The notes beneath the pieces are model-generated. The model was not told the origin of the DNA, did not search any database, and saw only the letters and a list, made by a program, of their open reading frames with translations. 64,000 nucleotides of DNA from assembly GCA_943788985.1 (NCBI GenBank), contig CALSSJ010000013.1, positions 1-64,000 on the forward strand, in the 5' to 3' direction. Of this stretch, positions 53,525-63,610 are shown in pieces. Numbering within the stretch: position 1 is the first letter of the stretch; every line of letters begins with the position of its first letter. The DNA is from an uncultured Lentisphaerales bacterium. Lineage in GTDB: Bacteria; Verrucomicrobiota; Lentisphaeria; JABSQK01; UBA12247. The position numbers were made by a program, and so were the translations under genes.

Positions 53525-55333
53525 ATGAAGACTCCAACACAAGTGGCGTTGTTGTGCCTTGCCGCGAGCCTGTACGTGACAACTGTCGCAAACGCGGGCA
53601 CGGCCAATTACCGAAACACGGTGTTGGGGGATAGCCCCCTCGTCTATTACGAGTTTGATGAGACCAGCGGCACCACTGCGACCAATAGCGGGACCCTGGG
53701 CGCTACGCATCACGGCACCATCGTCAGCACTGTGGCGCTCAACCAGGCGAGCTTTGCCAAGGGCGGCACTGCCTATGACTTCGGTGGTGGCTGGGTCGCG
53801 GCGGCGGCAGCGGCCTCTTCGTTAACCGAATGGACGGTGGAAGCGTGGATCAACTGGGACTCGACGAAGACCACCAGGTCCCACATTTTCGGCAACGACC
53901 AAAGCGGCTGGAACGATGATGTTCTGCTTGGAATCGGTGTTGAAGTCGGGGGGCAAGGTGTCCCAGCCAGTAATGTCGGCTGCATTCAACAGGGCAGCCC
54001 GGGCAGCACTCGCGACTTTGTGACAGAGCCCCTGGCTCACAGTGAGTGGCACCATGTTGTCGCTACCGGCAGTACCACTGCTGGCGAACTCAAGCTGTAC
54101 GTCGATGGCGTGCTCGTGGATACGGACAGTTCGCTCGCCAACGGGGTGACATTGAACGGAACGGGTGGCATCGGCTCGCCCTCTGTTTTTGTGGGGAAAG
54201 ATGGTTACGCCAATCGCACATTCGACGGACTGATTGACGAATTTGCGCTCTACGACACGGTGCTCGACGCCACGAGGGTGGAGGCGCACTATGTGGCGGG
54301 CCAAACGGAGGTGTTGCTGGTCGATATCGACATCAACGGCACCACGTCGGGCACCGTCCTGAACCAATCGGGCACCGACACGATCGTCATCGATGCGAGC
54401 AACAGTGGCGACAAGCGGATGACCGTCAATGGATCGCACCTGACGCAGACGCGTGGCGTGGCCATCGCCGTGCCGACGGCGTTGGGGATCTCCCTACCAC
54501 GGCAGGTGATCAATGTCACCGGCGAACTGACCAATCCGGGGACATCCGGTTTCCCCGGTATCTGGTTCGCGACAAACGACATCTCCGGCGGCGGCGCTGA
54601 AGCGAACTACGATTTCGCTGTGGCGCATTTTCCATTTTCTGGCGGCTGGATCGCTGGCACGGTGGATCAGGACGGCACCGTCCTGGCGGGCAACACGACG
54701 GACGTCACAATCACCAAGCGATCCGGGGCCGGCGTCACCAGCGGCAACTACTCGCTCGACATCGCCGGCGTGAATCCTTCGACCGACGGCTACCTGTTCA
54801 CCATTGGGGCGCAGAATGAAACCAGCGGCAACTACGCGCCGACTCGCATTCAGCCGGACAATTCCGGGTGGGACATCACCATCAGCGATCAGGGCGGCGA
54901 CGCCAATGACGGAACCAACGGCGAGAACGACGACTGGAGTTTCGTCTACATTCCTGAGAACGCTCGTAACCTGATCGCCGGGCGCATTGACGACGATGCG
55001 ACCGTGTTGGACAGCGTCGGCAGCTTCAGCGTCGCGTCGCAGCCCACCACCGGCGAGTATCTCTTGACGATCCCGGACGGGGTGGGCGGGTTCCTGGGCA
55101 AAGACGACGGCGTCCTGCTGCTCAACGTGACCAAGGACGGGGCGCCTGCCTTCGATGGCGCCGATGACAACTTCCTGCTTCAGGCGTACAGCAGTGCGGA
55201 CGAGGGCTTCATCGTCTCGTCGCACGATCTTGCGGCAGCCAGCGACCAGACCACCGAGTGGTCGTTCGCTTTCCTGCAGTTCGACTCGCCGGCGCGCATT
55301 CCCGTGCCGGGCGCTGTCATCCTATTGTACTAA
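53525..55333 (+). CDS. Secreted LamG-like jellyroll domain protein
   Basis: Signal peptide, PLVYYEFDE, WTVEAW, WHHVV, LYVDG, FDGLIDEFALY; ends PVPGAVILLY. Confidence 0.85.
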   Translation: MKTPTQVALLCLAASLYVTTVANAGTANYRNTVLGDSPLVYYEFDETSGTTATNSGTLGATHHGTIVSTVALNQASFAKGGTAYDFGGGWVAAAAAASSLTEWTVEAWINWDSTKTTRSHIFGNDQSGWNDDVLLGIGVEVGGQGVPASNVGCIQQGSPGSTRDFVTEPLAHSEWHHVVATGSTTAGELKLYVDGVLVDTDSSLANGVTLNGTGGIGSPSVFVGKDGYANRTFDGLIDEFALYDTVLDATRVEAHYVAGQTEVLLVDIDINGTTSGTVLNQSGTDTIVIDASNSGDKRMTVNGSHLTQTRGVAIAVPTALGISLPRQVINVTGELTNPGTSGFPGIWFATNDISGGGAEANYDFAVAHFPFSGGWIAGTVDQDGTVLAGNTTDVTITKRSGAGVTSGNYSLDIAGVNPSTDGYLFTIGAQNETSGNYAPTRIQPDNSGWDITISDQGGDANDGTNGENDDWSFVYIPENARNLIAGRIDDDATVLDSVGSFSVASQPTTGEYLLTIPDGVGGFLGKDDGVLLLNVTKDGAPAFDGADDNFLLQAYSSADEGFIVSSHDLAAASDQTTEWSFAFLQFDSPARIPVPGAVILLY

Positions 55334-55351
55334 TGCCCAGCGGTCGGAGGC

Positions 55352-56441
55352 ATGGCGCATATCGACGGTAGGACATTGCGAAAGCGATTTACTCTGATCG
55401 AATTATTGGTCGTGATCGTCATCATCGCCATACTGGTGTCCCTGCTGCTCCCGGCGCTGTCGCGCGCCAGGTACACAGCTCGGCTGGCCGCCTGCACTAG
55501 TGAGCTCCATCAATGGGGTATTGGCCTCACTGCGTGGGCAGGGGAGCACGACAGTTATCTGCCCGAACGCTCTGTTTACTCGAACGGCAATCGGCAGCCA
55601 CATTTGCTGAAGTCGGGTGGAGCCGATGATCGACAGCTTTTCGACGACGTGCTCGGGCTCCCGCGTACAAACTGTACGTTTGTTGGCGAGCCCCCTTATG
55701 ACATCGCTACAGTGGGAGGCCCGTATGTGCTTTCAAGCTATGAATTTTGAGCGGGCGCGGAAATCGACCATAGGCAACCCGCCTCGAGCATGTTGCGCAT
55801 TGGCGACACCATGAATTGGACTTCATGCAGCACGAACTATGAGTTTGACATCTTAGGGCCCACGCGGAAATAACGTTACATTTTGGCGGGAGCGCCGGAT
55901 GGTCATATGCAAGGCGCGTGGAGCGATGCGTACCCGTAGGTACGTATGCGACACGCAACGCCGCAGATGGCTGTCCGCCGCCCCGCCCCGCAGGGCAGGG
56001 CTGCGACTGTTTTGCCCCCTGGCGGCGTTGCCTCGCTCGAGATATACCTACAGGTATACCCGCTCGCTCGCGCCTTGCCAGGAACCAAAACAGCCAGCAG
56101 CAAAATGTAACGTAATATCCGCGCGGGCCCTTAGTGGCAGACATGGACCGCACACGTCTGGCGTCCAGTAACTCGGTGATGTCTTCGCATCCACAGACAG
56201 TGCTGGGTTGCTCCCTTTGCAGTTGATAGCCCCCGGATACAAGATCTATACCTACTTCTCATCGGGCGGAGTGCGCGGAACGGTGGATCGGAACTTCCTT
56301 CACTCTGACGGCTCAGTCAGTCGTATGACAAAGGTTCTCGCTCCTACGCCTACCAACTGGGATTCACGGCTCGTACGCGTTCCCTATCAATCGAACAGGC
56401 CTGCCGATTCGCCTTCCGGCTATCTGCCGACGGCTGACTGA
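55352..56441 (+). pseudogene. Prepilin-type N-terminal cleavage/methylation protein (H-X9-DG-like C-terminus), interrupted
   Basis: [27 protein letters not shown] at 55748; MITE between YEFDIL and VADMDR; frameshift near 56190; C-terminal NFLHSDGSV. Confidence 0.85.
55856..56130. mobile_element. 275-bp non-autonomous MITE with 30-bp TIRs and TTA target-site duplication
   Basis: Left GGGCCCACGCGGAAATAACGTTACATTTTG; right (reverse complement) GGGCCCGCGCGGATATTACGTTACATTTTG; TTA at 55853-55855 and 56131-56133. Confidence 0.92.
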
Positions 56442-57064
56442 CTGGCACCGCCCCGCCCCACTCCAACGGTGCCTTTCCTGTCCTACTGCTGCGGCGATAG
56501 TTTTTCTTGGATGGCAGTCGCCAATCTAGATCTCACATCTGGATACGGCCTACCAATCGCCCTGCTTGCACTCTCCCATTTCTCGCCTAGGTTGGACTGC
56601 TTCAGCAACCTCACCGAACGCCTGCCACTAATTCCGCTGGCTGTTCAGATGCCCACTTCTTAGATCGTATTAAACGATCCCCGCGCCAAACACTGCATAG
56701 AGAGGAATTGACAATGACAATATGCCCAATCGCCTTAGTAGCCGGCTGCAAGAAATGTCTGCTATTCAAGGTCTGCCCCTTGAAAAGTGTCATTGGTGAT
56801 CACAAGAAACTGGACGAAACGCAAACAAAGCAGCACGCCGAGAACGACGAAAGTAGGGACCAGTAGCCGAAGACGAGGGCATAAAAAATATTGGAGAACT
56901 GAGTCCCTCCTTTTATTTTTCTCCCTTTCATTTTTCTGCCAAATTCTTTTGATTCCCTGAAATAGGACTGGCCCGCGCGGGCGCAACCTGGGACAGATGT
57001 CCCGCTGGCTTAGAGGCTTACAGGCAGAGCCCGACCGACTGGATCGGGGGTGAAACGCAAAATG

Positions 57065-57340
57065 ATTGGTCGCCAGCGGTGGCATGGTCCTTGCCAGCGA
57101 TCGGATGATGGATCTCACTGCTGACCACGCAGCTCGCCTTGCCAAGCTGATCCCCCGTCTGGCATCGCAGCCCAGTTCGACGACCACACATTTCGCCTAG
57201 GACGCATTCCTCATCCCGATGGCGCCATTCTCTGCCTGTTCAACTGGGACGACACCCCGCGCCAGGCAGAACTACCCGCTGGCAGTTGGACCGTCTTTTG
57301 GACCGGCGAGCCAGTCGCGGGACCACTGGCCCTTGCCGCT
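57065..57340 (+). pseudogene. Second GH36-like C-terminal remnant
   Basis: ASGGMVLASDRMMDL..SGIAAQFDDHTF..LCLFNWDDTPRQAELPAG; nucleotide similarity to 52710-52900. Confidence 0.65.
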
Positions 57341-57400
57341 GCTTGCAGGCAAGTTAGGGCGTGGCACAGGAATAACTTCAGATGCTGCTAACGCGCGGGA

Positions 57401-57710
57401 TTGTGGGAGGCCGGAAGCGATAAAAACTCTGCGGCAACACGCCTGAGGCGCTTGGGCAATCGACCACAGTTTATCAGCCAGGAGAAAAGTGTGGCGGCCA
57501 CAAAGACGTATCTTGAGAACGCATGTCCGTCAGGAAATTTCACCTTCCAGGCACTGCCCTTCCCCAATCACACAGATGCCTGGGTGCTTCGGGATATTCC
57601 AGAAAGAAAAGTGATTCGGGATTGGTTCAAGCAAGTTCTTAAAGAAAAAAGCCAGCAGGGCGCTGAAGGCGACGCGGCAAAGCGCACCGGCTGGTAGCTT
57701 GAACGGTCGC
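57401..57710 (+). other. Truncated cassette-like ORF ending in a degenerate attC-like site
   Basis: Lower-GC ORF tail reading into AGCCAGCAGGGCGCTGAAGGCGACGCGGCAAAGCGCACC...GCTTGAACGGT. Confidence 0.4.
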
Positions 57711-58141
57711 ATGAAGGATTTGGGACAAGAATATTTTGAGGACAAGAAAATGGGACTGTGGTTCGGTGCAGCATGTTTGACGTTGCGCTCCGAATCCAGT
57801 TAGTTCGGGCCTATCCCCACGGGATGGTTTGGCCCTTATTTTTCTTGTCCTATCCAAGCTGCAGCTTCCGGAGTCCGTAGGCCCCGTCCACCACCACACC
57901 GTAGCCCCAATCAGGCGCTGCTGCCTGACGGCTATCTATCGCCGCATCAGTAGTCGCGAGTCACTGGTCCCAAAACAAAACTGGCTGGCTAGCAGATCGT
58001 ATGAGAAGGCGCGTCATTTTTTAGCGCCAACTGGTTATCCGTTGCGACGCGCGCCTGGTAGGTTACGTCTTTCTTTCTCTGCCGCTTATCCGAAAGGGCC
58101 GTGGCTAAACTCGACCATCCCATCATCCCAGAAGGCGCATC

Positions 58142-61100
58142 GTGCAAATCCAGAAATGCTATCAGTCTAAAGCCCGCGGAAAGCGAGCCCTCCCCGGGGC
58201 CCTGGCCATCCTGTTTATCCTCTGCGCGTTACTGGCCAGTGAAGCGGCAGCAGCACGCAAAAAGGTCCTGTTTATCGCAGGACACCCCAGCCATAGCAAT
58301 GGTGAACATGAGTTTCGCGCGGGCTGCATGCTGCTGGCTAAGGCGATCAATGATAGTGGCCTAGATATTGAAGCCGTGGTCCATTCGTATGACTGGCCTA
58401 AAGATGAAAGCATCTTCGAGGGCGTCGACGCGGTGGTGATTTATGCGGATGCGGGCGGGCCGATCCGGAACAAGCTCACCTTTCTTGATGAGAAAGTAAA
58501 GGCGGGCATGGGCATCATGTTCATGCATTACGGTGTGCACCCGCCCAAACAGATTGGCCAAGACTATTTTTTGGACTGGATCGGCGGCTACTTTGAGACG
58601 GGTTGGTCGGTCAATCCCCATTGGATTGCGGACCTGGCCCCGAAGGCCAATCACCCGGTGGGCAATGGTATCGACAAGCCCGTGAAAGCCTATGACGAGT
58701 TCTATTTCAACATGCGCTTTCCCACGGATTGTGACGAGTGCTATCCGCTGGTGACGGCCAGCCCGCAACCAGATCGGATGGTGCGCTATATCAACCTCTG
58801 GAATGAACACGGCGATGCCGCCTTTGGTAAGCCACAGGCGTTGATGTGGTGCAGAGACCCGAAGAGCGGCGGACGCGGAATCGGTTTCACCGGTGGCCAC
58901 TACCACAAGAACTGGGCCATTGACGACTTTCGCAAGCTGGCGCTCAACAGCATTGTCTGGCTCGCTCGTGGTGAGGTCCCCGCAACCGGCGTGCCGTCCC
59001 AGCCCCTTACCCAGGAGCACCTCAACGCGAATCTGGACCGGCCAAAGCCCGGCGAGGTCCTGCCCCTGCCGGATGGCTCAGAGTTGACCCAAAAGCCCAT
59101 GGCGCGTCCGCAGGACCCGGCCAATTACGGGCGCAAGGGGAAGACCAAGCCGAAAGCGTCTAAGGCGAAGAAGAAGGCACGAAAATCCAACAAGGCCAAA
59201 GCCGCAGCGCCGGATGCCGCCTCGCCCCAGGCTTGGACGCGGCCACTGTTGAGCAGCGACAAAGAGCGATTGGTGCAGGTGGAACTGATGGTGAAAGGCC
59301 TCAAGGAGATTTATCTAACCGTGGATGACCTGCATGAAGACAGTCATGATTGGGCGGATTGGCTAAACCCGCGGTTTGTCGATGCCCAGGGCAAGGAGAC
59401 GCTTCTCGGGCAATCGCAGATTGTCAAGGCCACGCAAGGCTGGGGAAAACTGAAACACGACATGAGCGTGGGTGGCAAGCCGCTTAAGGTCGCGGGCAAG
59501 ACCTACAAACAGGGACTGGGCACGCACGCCCCGTCCAACATCGCTGTGACTGTGCCAAAGGGCGCAGTGAAATTTCTTACCTCAGTAGGGATCGACGACG
59601 GCGGTGCGCTGCGAAACGGTAAGCCGACCCCCGCTGGCATGCGCTTTGGCGTGCTCGCACAACCTTGGAGCGGAAAGAGCGCGGAGACGGCGGGCAAGCT
59701 CACCAGCAAAACGCTCGTTCCTGCGGACTACCTGACCGCGACCGGCGACCTCGAGGTCACGCTCTGGGCCAGTAGCCCACTGCTCCATAACCCGACCAAC
59801 ATGGACACTGATGCCGATGGCCGCATCTGGGTCGCGGAGGGCGTGAACTATCGCAGGCATGGAAATCGGGCTCCGAAAGGAGACCGGATCGTGGTCTTGG
59901 AAGACACCAATGGCGATGGCCAGGCCGATACCTCCAGCGTCTTTGTACAAGACCCGGAGTTAGCTGCGCCGCTGGGCGTGAGCGTCTTTGGCAACAAAAT
60001 TGTGGTTGCCCAACCACCCAACCTCCTGGTCTATACAGACGTCAATCACAACCGCGTATTCGAGAAAGGCATCGACACCCGCGAGGTGCTGCTGACTGGC
60101 TTCAATGCCAAGCAGCACGATCATTCCCTGCACTCGGTCACCGCTGGCCCCGACGGCCAGTGGTATCTGAACCAAGGCAATTGCGGCGCAGTCTTTACGG
60201 CTACCGACGGGAAGACCTTTCGGCTCGGCAGCCCCTATAAAGGCGGCGGTGGCGAATGGTTCGTGGATCAAAAAGCAGCGGCGGGCCAGCCCAGCGATGA
60301 CGGCCATGTCTGGATTGCTGGCTTTATCGCCCGAATGAACCCCGATGGCAGTAATGTCGAAATTGTCGGCCACAACTTCCGCAATTCGTACGAAAACACG
60401 GTCAACTCCTACGGGGAAGTCTTTCAGAACGACAATGATGACCCGCCCGCTTGCCGCACCTCCTATGTGCTGGAATACGGGAACGCCGGCTTCTTTTCAG
60501 CAGACGGCAAGCGCACCTGGCAGGTGGATCGCCGTCCCGGCCAATCCACCCCGACCGCACACTGGCGTCAGGAAGACCCCGGCACGATGCCGTCTGGGGA
60601 TGTCTACGGGCGCGGCTCACCCACAGGAATCGCCTTTTATGAGAACGGTGCCTTGCCCACATCCTACCGCGGTACGCTGTTGAGCGGGCAGGCAGCCCTC
60701 CGCTTGATATTTGGCTACCAGCCAGAGCCCGACGGCGCTGGCTACAAACTGGAGCGCTCGCACTTCGTCGCGGCCACTGGCCCGAAGGATCCGGCTCTGC
60801 AAGGCGATAAGGTCTGGTACAACTTTCGGCCGTCGGATGTCATGGTAGGTGCAGATGGCGCGATCTATGTCGCAGATTGGTTTGACCCGGGGGTTGGCGG
60901 ACACGGCGATCGTGACGCGGCAACCGCGGGTGCTATCTACCGCATCGCGCCCAAGGGCTTCAAGAGTGCCCCGAAAAAGATCGATCTGACGACCTTGGAG
61001 GGGGCGGCCACCGCCCTGGAATCACCAGCGGTGAACGTACGCTACGGTGGCTTTGTGGCGCTCCGCGAGCGCGGCGCCGCGGCACTTCCTACCGTGACTA

Positions 61101-62284
61101 GGTTGATGAAACACGAGAATCCCTGGATTGCGGCGCGCGGTGTCTGGTTGCTGCCGTATCTGGGCGAAGCCGGGCTGGTTCAGTGTGTTGCCTTGCTTGC
61201 CTCGGAGGATCCTTGGCTGCGGCTGACCGCGTACCGTGCGCTGCGCCGGGCCAACCGCCCTATCCTCCCCTACGCTGAGCAATTGGCAAGCGATCCGGAT
61301 CCACGTGTGGGCCGAGATGTCGCCCTTTCCTTGCGCGACGTGCCGCTGGCACAAACGGCCGAGATCTTCCTCAAACTAGCGGACCAATGGGACGGCAAGG
61401 ACCGCACCTATCTCGAGGCACTTGGCCTCGGGCTGGTCAAGCAAGAAGCTCCTTTCTGGGACATGCTAAAAGCCCGCGAGACCGCCACTGCCAAACAGTG
61501 GACGCCCGCGTTCGCACGCCTGACTTGGCGCTTACATCCGCCCGCTGCCTTGCCGTTTCTGCTGCAACGGGCCCAGGCCCTAAGCCTGAGCAGCGAGGCA
61601 CGCAAACTCGCGCTCGATACGATCGCCTTTACGCCTGGACCAGAAGCCCCGCGCGCCATGCTGCAGGTCTACGGCGCTGGCGGCCCAGAGGCCGCCTATG
61701 CCAGGATGTGGCTGAATATGCGCTATTTTGGCGGTGGCTGGGATGACCTTATGCCACGCTCAGATGCGGAGGCCGCTGGCGCCATCGCACCATTGGCAGT
61801 GATCCAACCCATCACAGTGCCACCCAAGCCGAAAGAGCCAAAGCTCCCGCCCATGAAGGAAATCCTAGCGTTGACCGGTGACACAGCGAAGGGTAAAATG
61901 GTGGCAGCCCGCTGCTACATCTGCCACAAGTTTGACGGCAACGGGATTGCCTACGGTCCCACGCTAGACGGCTGGGGCAAAGCGCGTTCTCGCGAGGAAG
62001 TACTGCGAGCGGTCTATAATCCAGACGCCGCCATCGCACACGGCTACGACGGGTCCAAGATCCTCAGAAGAGGCAAGCCTGAGCTTCACGGCCGAGTGCT
62101 CAACCATGACGACTTTGTGTTGACCGTCCAGTCGACTGGCGGCGTCGTGCAGAAGGTCCGTAGCAAAGACGTCCATCGCATTGTCCCGCTGAAGCGCAGC
62201 CTGATGTTCTATCCCCAGCAACTGGGGCTGACGCAGGCCCAGGACTTCGCTGACCTAGTCAGCTTTCTGCGAGAGCTCAAGTAA
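58142..62284 (+). CDS. PVC-type heme-binding protein: ThuA-like, NPCBM, dehydrogenase-like beta-propeller, HEAT repeats, cytochrome c
   Basis: KKVLFIAG..SH..GEHE and FTGGHYH (ThuA-like); GLGTHAPS and VGIDD (NPCBM); NPTNMD.D.DGRIWVAEGVNYR, HNFRNSYE; CYICH then GPTLDG. Confidence 0.9.
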   Translation: MQIQKCYQSKARGKRALPGALAILFILCALLASEAAAARKKVLFIAGHPSHSNGEHEFRAGCMLLAKAINDSGLDIEAVVHSYDWPKDESIFEGVDAVVIYADAGGPIRNKLTFLDEKVKAGMGIMFMHYGVHPPKQIGQDYFLDWIGGYFETGWSVNPHWIADLAPKANHPVGNGIDKPVKAYDEFYFNMRFPTDCDECYPLVTASPQPDRMVRYINLWNEHGDAAFGKPQALMWCRDPKSGGRGIGFTGGHYHKNWAIDDFRKLALNSIVWLARGEVPATGVPSQPLTQEHLNANLDRPKPGEVLPLPDGSELTQKPMARPQDPANYGRKGKTKPKASKAKKKARKSNKAKAAAPDAASPQAWTRPLLSSDKERLVQVELMVKGLKEIYLTVDDLHEDSHDWADWLNPRFVDAQGKETLLGQSQIVKATQGWGKLKHDMSVGGKPLKVAGKTYKQGLGTHAPSNIAVTVPKGAVKFLTSVGIDDGGALRNGKPTPAGMRFGVLAQPWSGKSAETAGKLTSKTLVPADYLTATGDLEVTLWASSPLLHNPTNMDTDADGRIWVAEGVNYRRHGNRAPKGDRIVVLEDTNGDGQADTSSVFVQDPELAAPLGVSVFGNKIVVAQPPNLLVYTDVNHNRVFEKGIDTREVLLTGFNAKQHDHSLHSVTAGPDGQWYLNQGNCGAVFTATDGKTFRLGSPYKGGGGEWFVDQKAAAGQPSDDGHVWIAGFIARMNPDGSNVEIVGHNFRNSYENTVNSYGEVFQNDNDDPPACRTSYVLEYGNAGFFSADGKRTWQVDRRPGQSTPTAHWRQEDPGTMPSGDVYGRGSPTGIAFYENGALPTSYRGTLLSGQAALRLIFGYQPEPDGAGYKLERSHFVAATGPKDPALQGDKVWYNFRPSDVMVGADGAIYVADWFDPGVGGHGDRDAATAGAIYRIAPKGFKSAPKKIDLTTLEGAATALESPAVNVRYGGFVALRERGAAALPTVTRLMKHENPWIAARGVWLLPYLGEAGLVQCVALLASEDPWLRLTAYRALRRANRPILPYAEQLASDPDPRVGRDVALSLRDVPLAQTAEIFLKLADQWDGKDRTYLEALGLGLVKQEAPFWDMLKARETATAKQWTPAFARLTWRLHPPAALPFLLQRAQALSLSSEARKLALDTIAFTPGPEAPRAMLQVYGAGGPEAAYARMWLNMRYFGGGWDDLMPRSDAEAAGAIAPLAVIQPITVPPKPKEPKLPPMKEILALTGDTAKGKMVAARCYICHKFDGNGIAYGPTLDGWGKARSREEVLRAVYNPDAAIAHGYDGSKILRRGKPELHGRVLNHDDFVLTVQSTGGVVQKVRSKDVHRIVPLKRSLMFYPQQLGLTQAQDFADLVSFLRELK

Positions 62285-62479
62285 GCCGGGCCTAATGCGG
62301 CGGCTCAAGCGCGCGGTTGATGTGTTCGGACTAGCGACCAGCGATTGGCGACCAACGATTTTTAAGGAGTTCGTCGATCAGTCATCCCCGTCACCGCGTC
62401 TATTCTGCGCATCGCTGGTCGTGAGTCGCTAGTCGAAAAAAAAAGAAAACAACTGCCACCACGAGCTCCAGCACGCTCC

Positions 62480-63165
62480 ACACAATGATGATAACATCGG
62501 TCTATATCCCCACTAACTTGGACGGCTTCATTGCTGGTGGGACGGTTGCATCGACTGGCTCGATAAAAGCGGCCTCGCAGAGAATACCATCGTCATCTAC
62601 AACCCAGCCCAGGACTTCTACCTCGGGGGCACGGCTGGAGTGATAAGCGCCTAAAGCACGAGGCATCTTTGCGAATGCCGCTTCTCATCCGCTGGCCCCA
62701 GCGCGTGAAGCCAGGCACCCGGATCAACGCCATGATACAAAATGTCGATTATGCCCCGACCTTTTTGGAGATCGCTGGCCTACCAGCTCCAGAAGTTATC
62801 CAGGGACGCTCGCTGTTGTCGCTACGCCGGCAGACTGGCGTACCGCCATCTACTACCACTCCCCCCCCCACAGCGGTGCTTATAACCTGCCCAAGATCGA
62901 GGGCGTCCGCGGCGACCGCTTCAAGCTGATCGGCTATTACGACCACCCGAAGCTAAAGTTGGGCGAGCAATGGGAGCTATTCGAACTTGAACAAGATCCG
63001 CAGGAACTTCACTCTCAGCATGCCAATCCAGAATTCGCAGCCCCGCGCACGTGGCTCGAAGCGGAGCTTCAGCGCCTACGCCACGACTACGGCGTCCCAA
63101 GATTGGAAGCCTCCTCCCCTCCCCTCCTTGCAGACAAAACCTCCTGCGTCACATTCGCCAGATGA
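62480..63165 (+). pseudogene. Sulfatase C-terminal half, decayed
   Basis: DDNIG, LAENTIVIY, SLRMPLLIRWP, NVDYAPTFLE, QGRSL, WELFELEQDPQE spread over several frames; no N-terminus. Confidence 0.82.
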
Positions 63166-63610
63166 ATCCGGCGCGCCCAGTCTCCCGTAACGCGCTCCGG
63201 TCCCATTTCTTCGGGGGCAGCAGGTGCTGGATCGTCTTCAACGCTTGGCTGAAGTCAAAGTGAACTGTGATACCGTTGGCCGGCTTGTAGCGTCCTAGGT
63301 CATGTCTTGGGTTGGATGCGTTATGACAGCGGATGCAGAGCTTGCAACTGCCGCGATGCCCGCGTTACATTGGCTGGGGCTGCCTACCTGTCCGGCGCCA
63401 ATCCAGCCACGCTCATTTCGCCCTGATCCCTTGAATCCTGTACTCCGCCAGCCTATGTTCGCGGTAGCGCGAAAAGTCTTGCGCTTGCCGTTGCCTGAAT
63501 TCGTTCCTTGAATGACAACATTCATCCCCGTCTTATTAGATAACTTTATCGGGTTGCCAGTCACTAGCCCGGCTTTCCGCGTTGTGATTGTGCACGGAGG
63601 TGCGGCGAAA

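Noticed and set aside
55748..55750. TGA recoded as Trp or Sec
   Set aside because: TGA ends many intact genes here, and this gene has other lesions.
63170..63600. Short ORFs between the sulfatase remnant and the PKS
   Set aside because: No family motif was recognised.
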